Positions 31,868 through 41,327 of a stretch of 64,000 nucleotides of DNA are shown here, one piece after another. Numbering within the stretch: the stretch's first letter is position 1; each line of letters begins with the position of its first letter. The stretch is taken from contig CAWDEM010000008.1 in assembly GCA_963801355.1 (NCBI GenBank), forward strand, positions 448,001 to 512,000, in the 5' to 3' direction. Position numbers and translations under genes: made by a program. The notes under the pieces are model-generated. The model saw only the letters and a list, made by a program, of their open reading frames with translations, was not told where the DNA came from and made no database searches. The stretch is from Ignavibacteriota bacterium (GTDB lineage: Bacteria; Bacteroidota; Ignavibacteria; UBA10030; UBA6906).

Positions 31868-33048
31868 CACCTGTGACCCCTGGCATACCGGCGAAGGAAT
31901 CGCCCTTCACTCCAGCTTCCGATCGCCTTGGTGTGACGCTGCTTGCAGCCGGCGTCTTGCTCGTGGTGCTGGCTTTCATGATGGAACCGATGCGCGCAAG
32001 TTTCGGCGCCACCATCCTCTATCTTACCATGGTCAGCATTGCCGCCGGTTCGTTGTTCCTGATTGCGCTCGAGTATATTGCAGGGGCGGTCTGGAGCGTT
32101 CCCATGCGGAGGGCCAATGAGTTTCTTGCGGGACTCTCGCCGTTCCTGATACTCCTGGCCGTGCCGTTGCTCCTGCACATCCATGATCTCTTTCACTGGA
32201 GCCATCCGGAAGCCATGGCGAGTGATGAGCTGCTCAAAGGCAAGGCGCCGTATCTGAATATCCCTTTTTTTGTATTGCGCACAATCGTGATCCTGGGTAT
32301 CTGGTCCCTCTTTGCGGCGCTTTTTGTGAGGAACTCCACCGCACAGGACGTCTCGCGGGATCCCGCCCTCACGCGCAAGAACGTGTATTTGGCGGCAGCG
32401 TTTCTTCCGGTGTTCGCGATTACGATCACTCTGACGGCCTTCGATTGGGGAATGAGTCTGGAAGCACACTGGTACTCCACCATCTACGGTGTCTACTTCT
32501 TCGCGGGTACCGTGCTGACGGCACTGGCCGCCGGAACGCTGGTTGTTCTGAATCTGCAGAAAACCGGCTCTATCCCCGCACTGCGCCCTGACCACTACTA
32601 CAGTCTGGGTGCACTCATGTTCGGTTTTGTGAATTTCTGGGCATACATTGCATTCAGTCAGTTCCTTCTGATCTGGTATGCGAACATTCCCGAAGAAACA
32701 TACTGGTTTATGGCACGTTGGAGAAACGGCTGGCAGTATGTGTCGGTCCTTCTGATTCTCGTGCACTTCCTTGTGCCGTATTTTGTGCTGTTGTCGCAGG
32801 AAGCAAAAATGAATCCGGCCCGCCTGAGATTCATGGCGATCTGGCTGATCGCCGCGCATGTGCTCGACCTTTACTGGCTCGTCATGCCGACATACGCGCC
32901 CGGTATCACACTCGGATGGGTGGAACTCGGGTTCCCTCTCATCGGGGTCGGCATGACTGTCCTGCTGCTTTCGTGGAAGACTAAACGGTACAACACGGTG
33001 CCGATCGGAGATCCCAAGCTGCAGAGGGGTCTTGATTTCAGGCTTTGA
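31864..33048 (+). CDS. actF: Alternative complex III subunit ActF
   Basis: FDW.MSL..HWYSTIYG, FSQFLLIWYANIPEET; multiple TM helices. Confidence 0.93.
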   Translation: MTPVTPGIPAKESPFTPASDRLGVTLLAAGVLLVVLAFMMEPMRASFGATILYLTMVSIAAGSLFLIALEYIAGAVWSVPMRRANEFLAGLSPFLILLAVPLLLHIHDLFHWSHPEAMASDELLKGKAPYLNIPFFVLRTIVILGIWSLFAALFVRNSTAQDVSRDPALTRKNVYLAAAFLPVFAITITLTAFDWGMSLEAHWYSTIYGVYFFAGTVLTALAAGTLVVLNLQKTGSIPALRPDHYYSLGALMFGFVNFWAYIAFSQFLLIWYANIPEETYWFMARWRNGWQYVSVLLILVHFLVPYFVLLSQEAKMNPARLRFMAIWLIAAHVLDLYWLVMPTYAPGITLGWVELGFPLIGVGMTVLLLSWKTKRYNTVPIGDPKLQRGLDFRL

Positions 33049-33065
33049 GAAAGTCAAGGAGTCCG

Positions 33066-34001
33066 ATGGAGCAGTTGCCGCAATACAAAGAGGAAGTGGA
33101 TTTCCGGGATCTGCTGCGCAGCCCCCGTAAGTTGTTCGGGCTCAGCTTCCTGTACTTCCTGGGACTCCTGGTCCTTGTGGGCATAATGTATGCGTGGAAC
33201 CTGAACGACATCGGAAAGAACACGGTCGTGCCGCTCGTGCTGACCGACTCCTCGGCATTCGTGCAGGATATCCCGATGCAATCACAGGGGGTTCTCCCTC
33301 CGGTGGATGTCAACAGCGTGGCCAAACCAAACAGTGAACTCCTCGCCCGCGGGCGTGAGCTCTTCAAGGCGAATTGCTCCTCCTGCCACGGTGACAACGG
33401 CATGGGAGACGGCCCGGCCGGTCTCGTGCTCAACCCCCGCCCCAGAAATTTCCACCAGGCGGCCGGCTGGACCAAAGGAGCCAAAGTGTCGGAGATCTAC
33501 CGGACTCTTGAAGAAGGCATAGTCAAGAACGGCATGGCCTCGTACAGCTACCTCCCACCGGCGGATCGTTTCGCACTGATCCACGTCGTGCGCTCGTTCA
33601 ATCCCTCGCCGCCGGACGATGCGCAGCAAGAGATCGCCGCCCTGGAAACAACCTATCAGCTCTCAAAGGGGAGGAACGTCCCGGCCCAGATTCCTGTGAA
33701 GGTGGCGATGAATCGCATTGCCGCTGAAACGGAACGGGGCAGGGAAGTGCTCCTTTCACGGATCAAAGAAATGCGTATCAGTCAGGTTCCGGGTGCGGTG
33801 CTCTTCTCGCGCTACATCCATGATCCCGCGCGGTTTCTGACCGCCTGCGGGTCGAGGCCCGGGATGATCAACTCTCTAGAAGATTTTGTCCGTCTTGTGA
33901 GCAGTGACCCTGTCGCGGTCGGTGCCGTACCCGGCGTGACGAATCTCGCAGGCCGTGATTGGGCCGTTTTGCACCAGTTCGTTCTCTCGGAGGTCCGTTG
34001 A
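33066..34001 (+). CDS. Membrane-anchored class I cytochrome c
   Basis: N-terminal TM; GRELFKANCSSCHG..G.GDG, PRPRNF, GMASY. Confidence 0.85.
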   Translation: MEQLPQYKEEVDFRDLLRSPRKLFGLSFLYFLGLLVLVGIMYAWNLNDIGKNTVVPLVLTDSSAFVQDIPMQSQGVLPPVDVNSVAKPNSELLARGRELFKANCSSCHGDNGMGDGPAGLVLNPRPRNFHQAAGWTKGAKVSEIYRTLEEGIVKNGMASYSYLPPADRFALIHVVRSFNPSPPDDAQQEIAALETTYQLSKGRNVPAQIPVKVAMNRIAAETERGREVLLSRIKEMRISQVPGAVLFSRYIHDPARFLTACGSRPGMINSLEDFVRLVSSDPVAVGAVPGVTNLAGRDWAVLHQFVLSEVR

Positions 34002-34792
34002 TGCAGCATCATGGAGTTGTGACGGCCGTGCTCTGTGCCGCCCTGTCTGTCGCGCTGATGCAACCATTGCGCGCACAAGGGACTCAGGTCCGCCCGGAAA
34101 TCGGGATCGAAGAACATCTCGGGACCGTGCTTCCGCTGGATGTGGAACTGTATGATGAACAGGGACATCTGACGGCACTGCGGAAGGTGATCACCAAGCC
34201 CACCATCGTTACCTTTGTGTATTTCCGCTGCCCGGGGATTTGCAGTCCGCTTCTGACCGAGCTGAGCCGTGTCGTGGACAACATCAGCCTTGTACTTGGA
34301 ACGGACTACCAGATTGTCACGATCAGTTTCGATCCCCGCGAGACGCCCGATCTGGCCGCCTCGAAGAAGGAAAGCTATCTCGGTGCGTTGCGACACAAGG
34401 TCGACCCGGCGGGGTGGCGATGGTTCACGGGGGACAGTGTTGCGATTCATCGTCTAACCGATGCAGCGGGTTTCTACTTCAAGCGCGACGGCGAGGACTT
34501 CGTGCATGCCGGCGCGCTTATCGTGATCTCCCCCGAGGGCAAAGTGACACGGTACATCAACGGCATTCAGTATCTCCCGTTTGACGTCAAGATGGCCGTC
34601 GTTGAAGCGGCGGAGGGGCGGACGGGTCCGACCATCGCCAAGCTCCTGGCATTCTGCTATCGCTATGATCCCGAGGCCCGGACCTACGCCTTGAATGTCA
34701 CGCGCGTCTCAGGAATCGTGATCGTCGCACTCGCGGCGATCTTCGTGATCGTGTTCGTTCGCCGGCCCAGAAAGGTGACTGCAGAAAGGTAA
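34001..34792 (+). CDS. SCO family copper chaperone
   Basis: YFRCPGIC (CxxxC), SFDP, FVH; C-terminal TM. Confidence 0.92.
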   Translation: MQHHGVVTAVLCAALSVALMQPLRAQGTQVRPEIGIEEHLGTVLPLDVELYDEQGHLTALRKVITKPTIVTFVYFRCPGICSPLLTELSRVVDNISLVLGTDYQIVTISFDPRETPDLAASKKESYLGALRHKVDPAGWRWFTGDSVAIHRLTDAAGFYFKRDGEDFVHAGALIVISPEGKVTRYINGIQYLPFDVKMAVVEAAEGRTGPTIAKLLAFCYRYDPEARTYALNVTRVSGIVIVALAAIFVIVFVRRPRKVTAER

Positions 34793-34799
34793 CTCGACT

Positions 34800-36446
34800 A
34801 TGGCAGATCGGAATGCATCCGTCGACAAGATCTCCCCGGGGTTCTACGCTGAGCCGGGGCGCCACAGGGGTGTAGCGGCGTGGATCCTGAGTACGGACCA
34901 CAAACGGATCGGGCTGCTGTACTTTGGCGCGATAATGATATTCTTCCTCACGGCGGTCAGCCTTGGATTTCTGATGCGGTTGGAGCTGCTCACGCACGGC
35001 AAAACGATCGTCGAGCCGCAGACGTACAATACGATGTTCACGCTTCACGGAATCATCATGATCTTCCTGTTCATCATCCCGGGCCTGCCCGCGGTGTTCG
35101 GGAATTTCATGCTGCCATTGTTGATCGGTGCAAAGGATGTCTTCTTTCCCCGCCTCAACCTGTTGTCGTGGTGGTTGTTCATCATCGGTGGACTTCTTGC
35201 GCTGACATCGGTATTCCTTCCCGGCGGAGCCGCAGACACCGGCTGGACCTTCTATGTCCCGTATAGCGTGCGGACGTCGACAAATGTCATTCCCGCGCTC
35301 ATGGCGGCATTTATCCTCGGGTTTTCCTCGATTCTCACCGGTTTGAATTTCATTACGACCATCCACCGGATGCGCGCGCCCGGCATGGGGTGGTTCAAAA
35401 TGCCGCTCTTCGTCTGGTCCCTGTATGCCACCGCCTGGATTCAGGTGCTGGCGACACCGATTATCGGTATCACTCTGCTGCTGGTGGCGATTGAGCGATG
35501 GTTCGGCGTGGGCATCTTCGATCCCGCGCGCGGCGGCGACCCGGTGCTCTACCAGCATCTCTTCTGGATCTATTCGCACCCCGCGGTCTACATCATGATA
35601 CTCCCGGGCATGGGTATAGTCTCCGAGATTATACCCGTGTTTGCCCGGCGTACGATATTTGGCTACAAGTACATTGCTTATTCCAGCCTTGCGATCGCGT
35701 TCTTCGGGTCGCTCGTGTGGGCACACCATATGTTCACCGTCGGGATGAGCAACACCGGCATGTTCATCTTCTCCTTGCTGACATTCCTGGTCTCCATCCC
35801 GAGTGCCATCAAGATCTTCAACTGGATCGCCACACTCTACAAAGGGTCGATAGTTCTGGAACCCCCCATGTTGTTTGTGCTTTCGTTCATCGTGCAGTTT
35901 TCCATCGGTGGATTCACCGGGCTGATGCTGGGCGCCCTGGCAGTGAACATCCATGTGCAGGACACCTATTTTGTTGTCGGGCATTTCCACTACGTCATGT
36001 TCGGCGGCACCGGGTTCGCATTGTTCGGTGCCATGCACTACTGGTTCCCCAAAATGTTCGGCCGGATGTACGCGCGCAAACCCGCCTACGTCTCCTGGTT
36101 CCTGACCACGGTCGGCTTCAACACGCTGTACTTTCCGTTTCTGGTGCTGGGCTACATGGGGATGCCGCGCCGGTATTATGACTCTCTCCCGGAGTTCCAA
36201 CCGCTGCACACCATCGCCACGATCGGCTCCTGGATCCTTGTCCTGGGCATCATCGTCATGGTAGTGAATCTGCTTGTCTCCATACGGAGAGGAGCACGTG
36301 CTCCGGCTAATCCCTGGGGAGGCAAAACGCTTGAGTGGCAGGTGTCGTCTCCTCCACCGACGGAGAATTTCCACACGATTCCCGTGGTGACGCACGGGCC
36401 GTATGACTACGAATCCCACGAACCGTCCGCTGCGGAGGTCCGGTGA
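34800..36446 (+). CDS. ctaD: Heme-copper oxidase subunit I, type A2
   Basis: TDHKRIG, TLHG, DVFFPRLN, FWIYSHPAVY (YS motif), WAHH, HFHY. Confidence 0.97.
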   Translation: MADRNASVDKISPGFYAEPGRHRGVAAWILSTDHKRIGLLYFGAIMIFFLTAVSLGFLMRLELLTHGKTIVEPQTYNTMFTLHGIIMIFLFIIPGLPAVFGNFMLPLLIGAKDVFFPRLNLLSWWLFIIGGLLALTSVFLPGGAADTGWTFYVPYSVRTSTNVIPALMAAFILGFSSILTGLNFITTIHRMRAPGMGWFKMPLFVWSLYATAWIQVLATPIIGITLLLVAIERWFGVGIFDPARGGDPVLYQHLFWIYSHPAVYIMILPGMGIVSEIIPVFARRTIFGYKYIAYSSLAIAFFGSLVWAHHMFTVGMSNTGMFIFSLLTFLVSIPSAIKIFNWIATLYKGSIVLEPPMLFVLSFIVQFSIGGFTGLMLGALAVNIHVQDTYFVVGHFHYVMFGGTGFALFGAMHYWFPKMFGRMYARKPAYVSWFLTTVGFNTLYFPFLVLGYMGMPRRYYDSLPEFQPLHTIATIGSWILVLGIIVMVVNLLVSIRRGARAPANPWGGKTLEWQVSSPPPTENFHTIPVVTHGPYDYESHEPSAAEVR

Positions 36447-37072
36447 ACGTGCAACCTCTTGTGGTACCGGGTGACAGCCATGTCCATCGCGATGACATCG
36501 GTTCGCGCATGGGGATGTGGCTCTTTCTTTTCACGGAGCTGATCCTGTTCGGCGGACTGTTTATTGTGTACGCTGTCTATCGGTTCAGCCACTTCCAGGA
36601 GTTCCAGCTGGCGGCCAAGCAGCTCGACACCACGGTCGGCACGCTCAACACGTTGATCCTGCTGACAAGCAGCCTGACCATCGCTCTGTCCATCGTCGCC
36701 CTCCGCGAAGGGAGGATAGGATTCTCAAAGGCCCTGGTGGCCATGACGCTGGTGCTGGCGGCGGCATTCCTGGTGAACAAGTACTTTGAATGGAATCACA
36801 AATTTGAGATTGGCATCTACCCCGGTTCCCCGGACTTGCTGAGTCAACCCCAGGGAGTGATCCTGTATTTCGGCCTCTACTTCGTTATGACGGGGCTGCA
36901 TGCCCTGCACGTGATCATTGGCGCGGGCGTACTCGGTTATATGTACCGAGCCATCGGACGGGGAATCGTGCGGCCCGACGCCACGGTGCGGCTTGAAGCA
37001 GGCGGATTGTACTGGCACCTTGTGGACATCATCTGGATCTTTCTCTTTCCTTTGTTCTATCTCTTGCAGTAA
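36443..37072 (+). CDS. ctaE: Heme-copper oxidase subunit III
   Basis: GMWLFL.TE..LF, TGLHALHV, LYWHLVDIIW. Confidence 0.95.
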   Translation: MNVQPLVVPGDSHVHRDDIGSRMGMWLFLFTELILFGGLFIVYAVYRFSHFQEFQLAAKQLDTTVGTLNTLILLTSSLTIALSIVALREGRIGFSKALVAMTLVLAAAFLVNKYFEWNHKFEIGIYPGSPDLLSQPQGVILYFGLYFVMTGLHALHVIIGAGVLGYMYRAIGRGIVRPDATVRLEAGGLYWHLVDIIWIFLFPLFYLLQ

Positions 37073-37084
37073 GGATGACCCCAC

Positions 37085-37390
37085 ATGGATGGATCTCAAC
37101 ACACGCTCTCCTCTGACCGAAGCCCGGCGGCGACCTACGGACGTTATCTGCTTGCGTGGATCGGCCTTGTAGCCCTGACCTCCCTCACCGTCGCCCTGGC
37201 AGGGATGAGTCTGGGCCGCTGGGTGATCGTCACGGCGCTGACTATTGCTTGCATCAAGAGCACGATGGTGCTTTTCACGTTCATGCATCTCCGTTCAGAA
37301 GAGCGCATATTCCGCGTGTTCGTGCTCGTGGCGTTGCTAACACTGATTATCTTCTTCGTGTTGACGTTTTTTGATTATGCGTTCCATTGA
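37085..37390 (+). CDS. Heme-copper oxidase subunit IV
   Basis: Three TM helices; IACIK..V...FMHL. Confidence 0.85.
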   Translation: MDGSQHTLSSDRSPAATYGRYLLAWIGLVALTSLTVALAGMSLGRWVIVTALTIACIKSTMVLFTFMHLRSEERIFRVFVLVALLTLIIFFVLTFFDYAFH

Positions 37391-37417
37391 GTTTTTGGAA
37401 GAACGGGACTACCAGAC

Positions 37418-38077
37418 ATGTTTACCGGATCCTCGCCTTTTTCGGACTACGTCGATACGACGTTTCTGATCATTGTCGGGCTCTCGACAGTCGTCCTCAT
37501 CGGACTGGTAGCTACGATGATCTACTTTGTCATCCGCTACAGCCGCAAACGCAATCCGCAGGCGACGAATATCGAGGGAAACCTCACTCTGGAGATCGCC
37601 TGGACGGTAATCCCGGTCGTGCTATTCATGGGGATGTTTTACATGGGATGGAAGGGGTACCTGAAGACGGTGGATGTGCCTGCGGACGCCGTGCCGATTC
37701 GGGTGACTGCGCGGATGTGGCAATGGGGTTTCGAGTACCCGAACGGGGTCACGACCGACACGCTCTATGTCCCGGTCAGGACGCCGATAAAGCTCACACT
37801 GCATTCTCTGGATGTCAACCATTCGATGTACATACCTGCATTCCGGATAAAAAAGGATGCTATTCCCAACAGGGAAAATGTCATGTGGTTCAGCACGCCC
37901 GAGCCGCGCTCGTACGACATCGCCTGTGCGGAGTACTGCGGGCTCCGGCATGCCTATATGTACACGAAAGTGGTGGCGATGGAGCTCCCGGCGTTCGAGT
38001 CGTGGTACAGGGAGGCTTCACGGAAGGCCAACCGACCTTTTGAGCCGATTACTTCAGCCGCTGCAACACGGAACTAA
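37418..38077 (+). CDS. ctaC: Heme-copper oxidase subunit II (CuA), without a fused cytochrome c
   Basis: LEIAWTVIP, MWQW.F.Y, DVNHS, CAEYCGLRHAYM. Confidence 0.95.
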   Translation: MFTGSSPFSDYVDTTFLIIVGLSTVVLIGLVATMIYFVIRYSRKRNPQATNIEGNLTLEIAWTVIPVVLFMGMFYMGWKGYLKTVDVPADAVPIRVTARMWQWGFEYPNGVTTDTLYVPVRTPIKLTLHSLDVNHSMYIPAFRIKKDAIPNRENVMWFSTPEPRSYDIACAEYCGLRHAYMYTKVVAMELPAFESWYREASRKANRPFEPITSAAATRN

Positions 38078-38089
38078 TACCGGCGGATT

Positions 38090-39448
38090 ATGGATGTTCT
38101 GAATACACTTGCCCTCCCCCAGTCGACGGAGCACTTTCACCTCCTGCTGCTGGTGTACAACCTGGTCATGCTCTTCTTCCTCCCGTACTTCGCAATGCTC
38201 GTGGGGAGTCTGCTGATGGCGGTGATCATGGATCGCCGTGCGGAACGATCAGAGAATCCGGGGCCCGGAAGGCTTGCGCGGCGGTTGGCCGGCGTTGCGC
38301 TGCCGGACCGGAGCACCTTCCTTTTTCTGGCTGTGCTTCCTTCGCTCGTCGTTGTCTTTCTGTTTGTGCAAATCTTCCAGGAGACGTCTGCGCTCGCGCC
38401 CGGGTTCGCCGCGCTCGGGAGTCTTTTCCTGATCGCCGGAGGGATCGCGGGCTTTGCGTTCAAGTATACGTTTACGCTCGACGACATCGTTTCGCTTGCC
38501 AGCAGAGGGAGCGGTACGCCGAAGGATGCGGGCCAACCCCTCGCAATTACCGGTTTCCTGGATTCAACACGCAAAACACACCGGCGGGCAGGGAACTGGG
38601 CTGTGGCCCTTCTCCTCGTAGGGGCGTTCTTTTTCGGCGGGGCATCAACGATCTGCCTCAATCCTGCTCTGTGGCTTGCCGTGGACGGGTTGCCCGCTTT
38701 GCTGCTCACCGGCGAGGTCTGGATTGAGATGATTGCCTTTCTTGCCGCAGCTGCGGGAATGTCAGGCGCCGGAATCCTCTTTCACCGCTATGTGTGGCAT
38801 GCCGCGGGAACATTGGATGATCCGGATGATGCGTTGATCCACAGAGTGTCACTGCGGCTCACGTCGACCGGGATCCTGGCGATGCCGGTGGTGTGGCTCC
38901 TGGGCACGGCCTTCATCCCCGCAACATCACTCGCCGGCTCGGTGTACGCTCTTCTCGGTCTCTCCTTCGGCGCCCTTGGATTGGCGCTGCTCTTTCTCTA
39001 CGCGTTCGTGCAGAACGGCAGGCGACTGTTTGTTGCACTTCTCGTGGTGACAATTGTTGCCGCCCTCGGGCTCAATGTCACAAAGAACAGGGTGGCCCTG
39101 CACGTCGGCACTGCGGATCACGCGGCGCTGCTCGCCGGCGTGTATGACAAACAGACGGAGGAATCCCGCGCGTCGCTGGGCGTGATGGCGAAGCAGATGA
39201 CAGGTGAGGAAATCTTCAATGCGAAGTGCTCTGCATGCCATGCGTTTGATCAGAAAAAAGTAGGACCGCCATACCAGGTGGTGCTTCCGAAGTATGCAGG
39301 GAGGAAACCGGCGCTGATTGCCTTTGTACTCGATCCCGTGAAGATCGACCCGGCCTATCCGAGCATGCCGTCGCAGGGGCTGAAGCCGTCTGAGGCGGAT
39401 TCCATTGCAACATATCTTCTTGGAAAGATCACCGCAGAGAAGCAATGA
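38090..39448 (+). CDS. Polytopic membrane protein with a C-terminal monoheme cytochrome c
   Basis: About 9-10 hydrophobic segments, then GEEIFNAKCSACH...VGP...MP. Confidence 0.8.
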   Translation: MDVLNTLALPQSTEHFHLLLLVYNLVMLFFLPYFAMLVGSLLMAVIMDRRAERSENPGPGRLARRLAGVALPDRSTFLFLAVLPSLVVVFLFVQIFQETSALAPGFAALGSLFLIAGGIAGFAFKYTFTLDDIVSLASRGSGTPKDAGQPLAITGFLDSTRKTHRRAGNWAVALLLVGAFFFGGASTICLNPALWLAVDGLPALLLTGEVWIEMIAFLAAAAGMSGAGILFHRYVWHAAGTLDDPDDALIHRVSLRLTSTGILAMPVVWLLGTAFIPATSLAGSVYALLGLSFGALGLALLFLYAFVQNGRRLFVALLVVTIVAALGLNVTKNRVALHVGTADHAALLAGVYDKQTEESRASLGVMAKQMTGEEIFNAKCSACHAFDQKKVGPPYQVVLPKYAGRKPALIAFVLDPVKIDPAYPSMPSQGLKPSEADSIATYLLGKITAEKQ

Positions 39449-40359
39449 GAGAGTTGGAGACAGGGAAGGTGCCGGCGGTTGGTGCGGGTGTCCGGGGTGC
39501 AACGGCGGCGGACTATCTCGCGCTGACGAAGCCCGGTCTTACCACCATGTCTGTCTGCACTGCTGCGGGTGGAGCATACCTTGCGTCAGGAGGTCATCCG
39601 GCCCCGCTGCTTCTGCTGAATCTGGTTGCCGGGACGTTTCTCGTCGGTGCGGGTGCCGGGGCTCTCAACCAATGGATCGAGCGGCGCACTGATGGGCTGA
39701 TGAAACGCACCGAGCGCAGGCCGCTTCCTTCGGGGAAGATCAGCCCGCTGGAGGGATGTGTGCTCGGGCTGTCGTGTGCCGTGGGCGGGGTGGTGTATCT
39801 TGCGGCGGCGACCACGGCTTCTGCCGCGATCCTGGCTGCAGTAACCCTTTTCGTGTATCTCGCGTTGTATACGCCGCTGAAGCAGGTGACTCATCTGTCA
39901 ACTGCCGTCGGAGGGATTCCCGGTGCGTTGCCGCCATTGATCGGCTGGATGGCCACGGGAAGGGGATTCACTCTCGAGGCATACCTGCTTTTCCTCTTTC
40001 TCTTCCTTTGGCAAATGCCCCATTTTCTTTCGCTCGCCTGGATATACCGGAGGGACTATGCAGCGGGCGGCTACCGGCTTTTGCCCGAATACGATGCCAC
40101 CGGCGCGGTGACAGGCAGGTTAGTCCTTCTCTATTCGGCATCGCTGATACCGGTGACGCTCTCGCTTGCCCTCGTAGGATTGATGGGATGGATCTTTCTG
40201 GCGGGCGGGCTGCTGGCAGGTGCTTGGTTTTTCACAGTCGGGGTGAGGTTTGCGCGGGAAATCACAAATGCCAACGCGCGGAAGCTGTTCCTCGCGTCCC
40301 TCCTCTACCTCTCCGTCATTCTTGCGTTGATGCTGCTCGACCGGATGTTGTCTGGCTGA
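39445..40359 (+). CDS. cyoE: Protoheme IX farnesyltransferase (heme O synthase)
   Basis: LTKPG, NQ..ER..D..M.RT..RPLP.G, YTPLK, WQMPHF, DY..GG. Confidence 0.96.
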   Translation: MRELETGKVPAVGAGVRGATAADYLALTKPGLTTMSVCTAAGGAYLASGGHPAPLLLLNLVAGTFLVGAGAGALNQWIERRTDGLMKRTERRPLPSGKISPLEGCVLGLSCAVGGVVYLAAATTASAAILAAVTLFVYLALYTPLKQVTHLSTAVGGIPGALPPLIGWMATGRGFTLEAYLLFLFLFLWQMPHFLSLAWIYRRDYAAGGYRLLPEYDATGAVTGRLVLLYSASLIPVTLSLALVGLMGWIFLAGGLLAGAWFFTVGVRFAREITNANARKLFLASLLYLSVILALMLLDRMLSG

Positions 40360-40372
40360 AGGGATCTTGCGG

Positions 40373-41203
40373 TCAGCTGCCGGGAAGGGCCTTGATCACG
40401 TGCATCAAAAGACGGGAGAACTGCTCCCGCACCTGGTTGGCGACGGCGTTGACCTCGTCATGACTCAGCTTCGCACTGCTCGTGCCGGTGGCCTTGTTGG
40501 TGATGCAGGATATCCCCAGCACGCGCATGCCGAGGGCATGTGCGAGTGCGACCTCCAGAACTGTCGACATTCCGACTGCGTCCCCGCCAAGGCGGTGTAT
40601 CATCTCGATTTCAGCCGCGGTTTCGTAGGAAGGCCCCTTGAGTCCTGTATACACGCCCCGCACAACGCGGACGCCTATCTGATTTGCTATATCTTCTGCA
40701 ATCCTGATGAGCTGGGGATCGTATGGTCGGTTATCGTTCCGGGTCGGTTGCCGTGCGGGACTTGATTCGCCGGTGAGGTTTATGTGATCCGTGACGAGCA
40801 TAAGATCGCCTGGTACAAACGTGCGATTCACTCCTCCGGCGGCATTGGTGATAATGAGTGTGCGTGCTCCCAGCGCAGCGGCGACACGGATAGGGAAGAG
40901 GAGCATGTCGACGCTGCCTGTTTCGTAGAAATGGACTCTGCCGCGGAACGCCACGATATTCCGGTCGTCGATAGAACAAAAGACCAGCCTTCCGTCGTGG
41001 CCTTCAACCGTTGAGCGAGGATAGCCTGGTATTGAAGAGGTCTGAATTGCCCTCTTACAGGAGAGCGAATCCGTGAATCCGCCAAGACCTGAGCCAAGGA
41101 CCACGGCGATTTCGGGTTCAAACGGAGCCTGATGTTTGATGGTCTGAATGGCTGCTGCGAGGGATGCGTCAATCTTTCGCGAGTCTGGGGGATGCGCGTT
41201 CAC
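40373..41203 (-). CDS. punA: Purine nucleoside phosphorylase (trimeric type)
   Basis: LGSGLG, GH.G, GRVHFYE, TNAAGG, GPSYET.AE, VGMST. Confidence 0.95.
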   Translation of the reverse strand: MNAHPPDSRKIDASLAAAIQTIKHQAPFEPEIAVVLGSGLGGFTDSLSCKRAIQTSSIPGYPRSTVEGHDGRLVFCSIDDRNIVAFRGRVHFYETGSVDMLLFPIRVAAALGARTLIITNAAGGVNRTFVPGDLMLVTDHINLTGESSPARQPTRNDNRPYDPQLIRIAEDIANQIGVRVVRGVYTGLKGPSYETAAEIEMIHRLGGDAVGMSTVLEVALAHALGMRVLGISCITNKATGTSSAKLSHDEVNAVANQVREQFSRLLMHVIKALPGS

Positions 41204-41220
41204 AGGTTCCTGGAAGATGA

Positions 41221-41320
41221 CGTGTTATGATATAATATTAGAAACAACATTATACGCAGGCTATAAGTTGTTTATATTTATGGTATTATTATATTGTTTA
41301 CAAGTATATTATAGTATTGG
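41221..41320. other. AT-rich intergenic island
   Basis: 23 G+C in 100 bases (hand count); imperfect inverted repeat AAACAACATTATA...TATAAGTTGTTT. Confidence 0.8.
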
Positions 41321-41327
41321 ATCCTCA

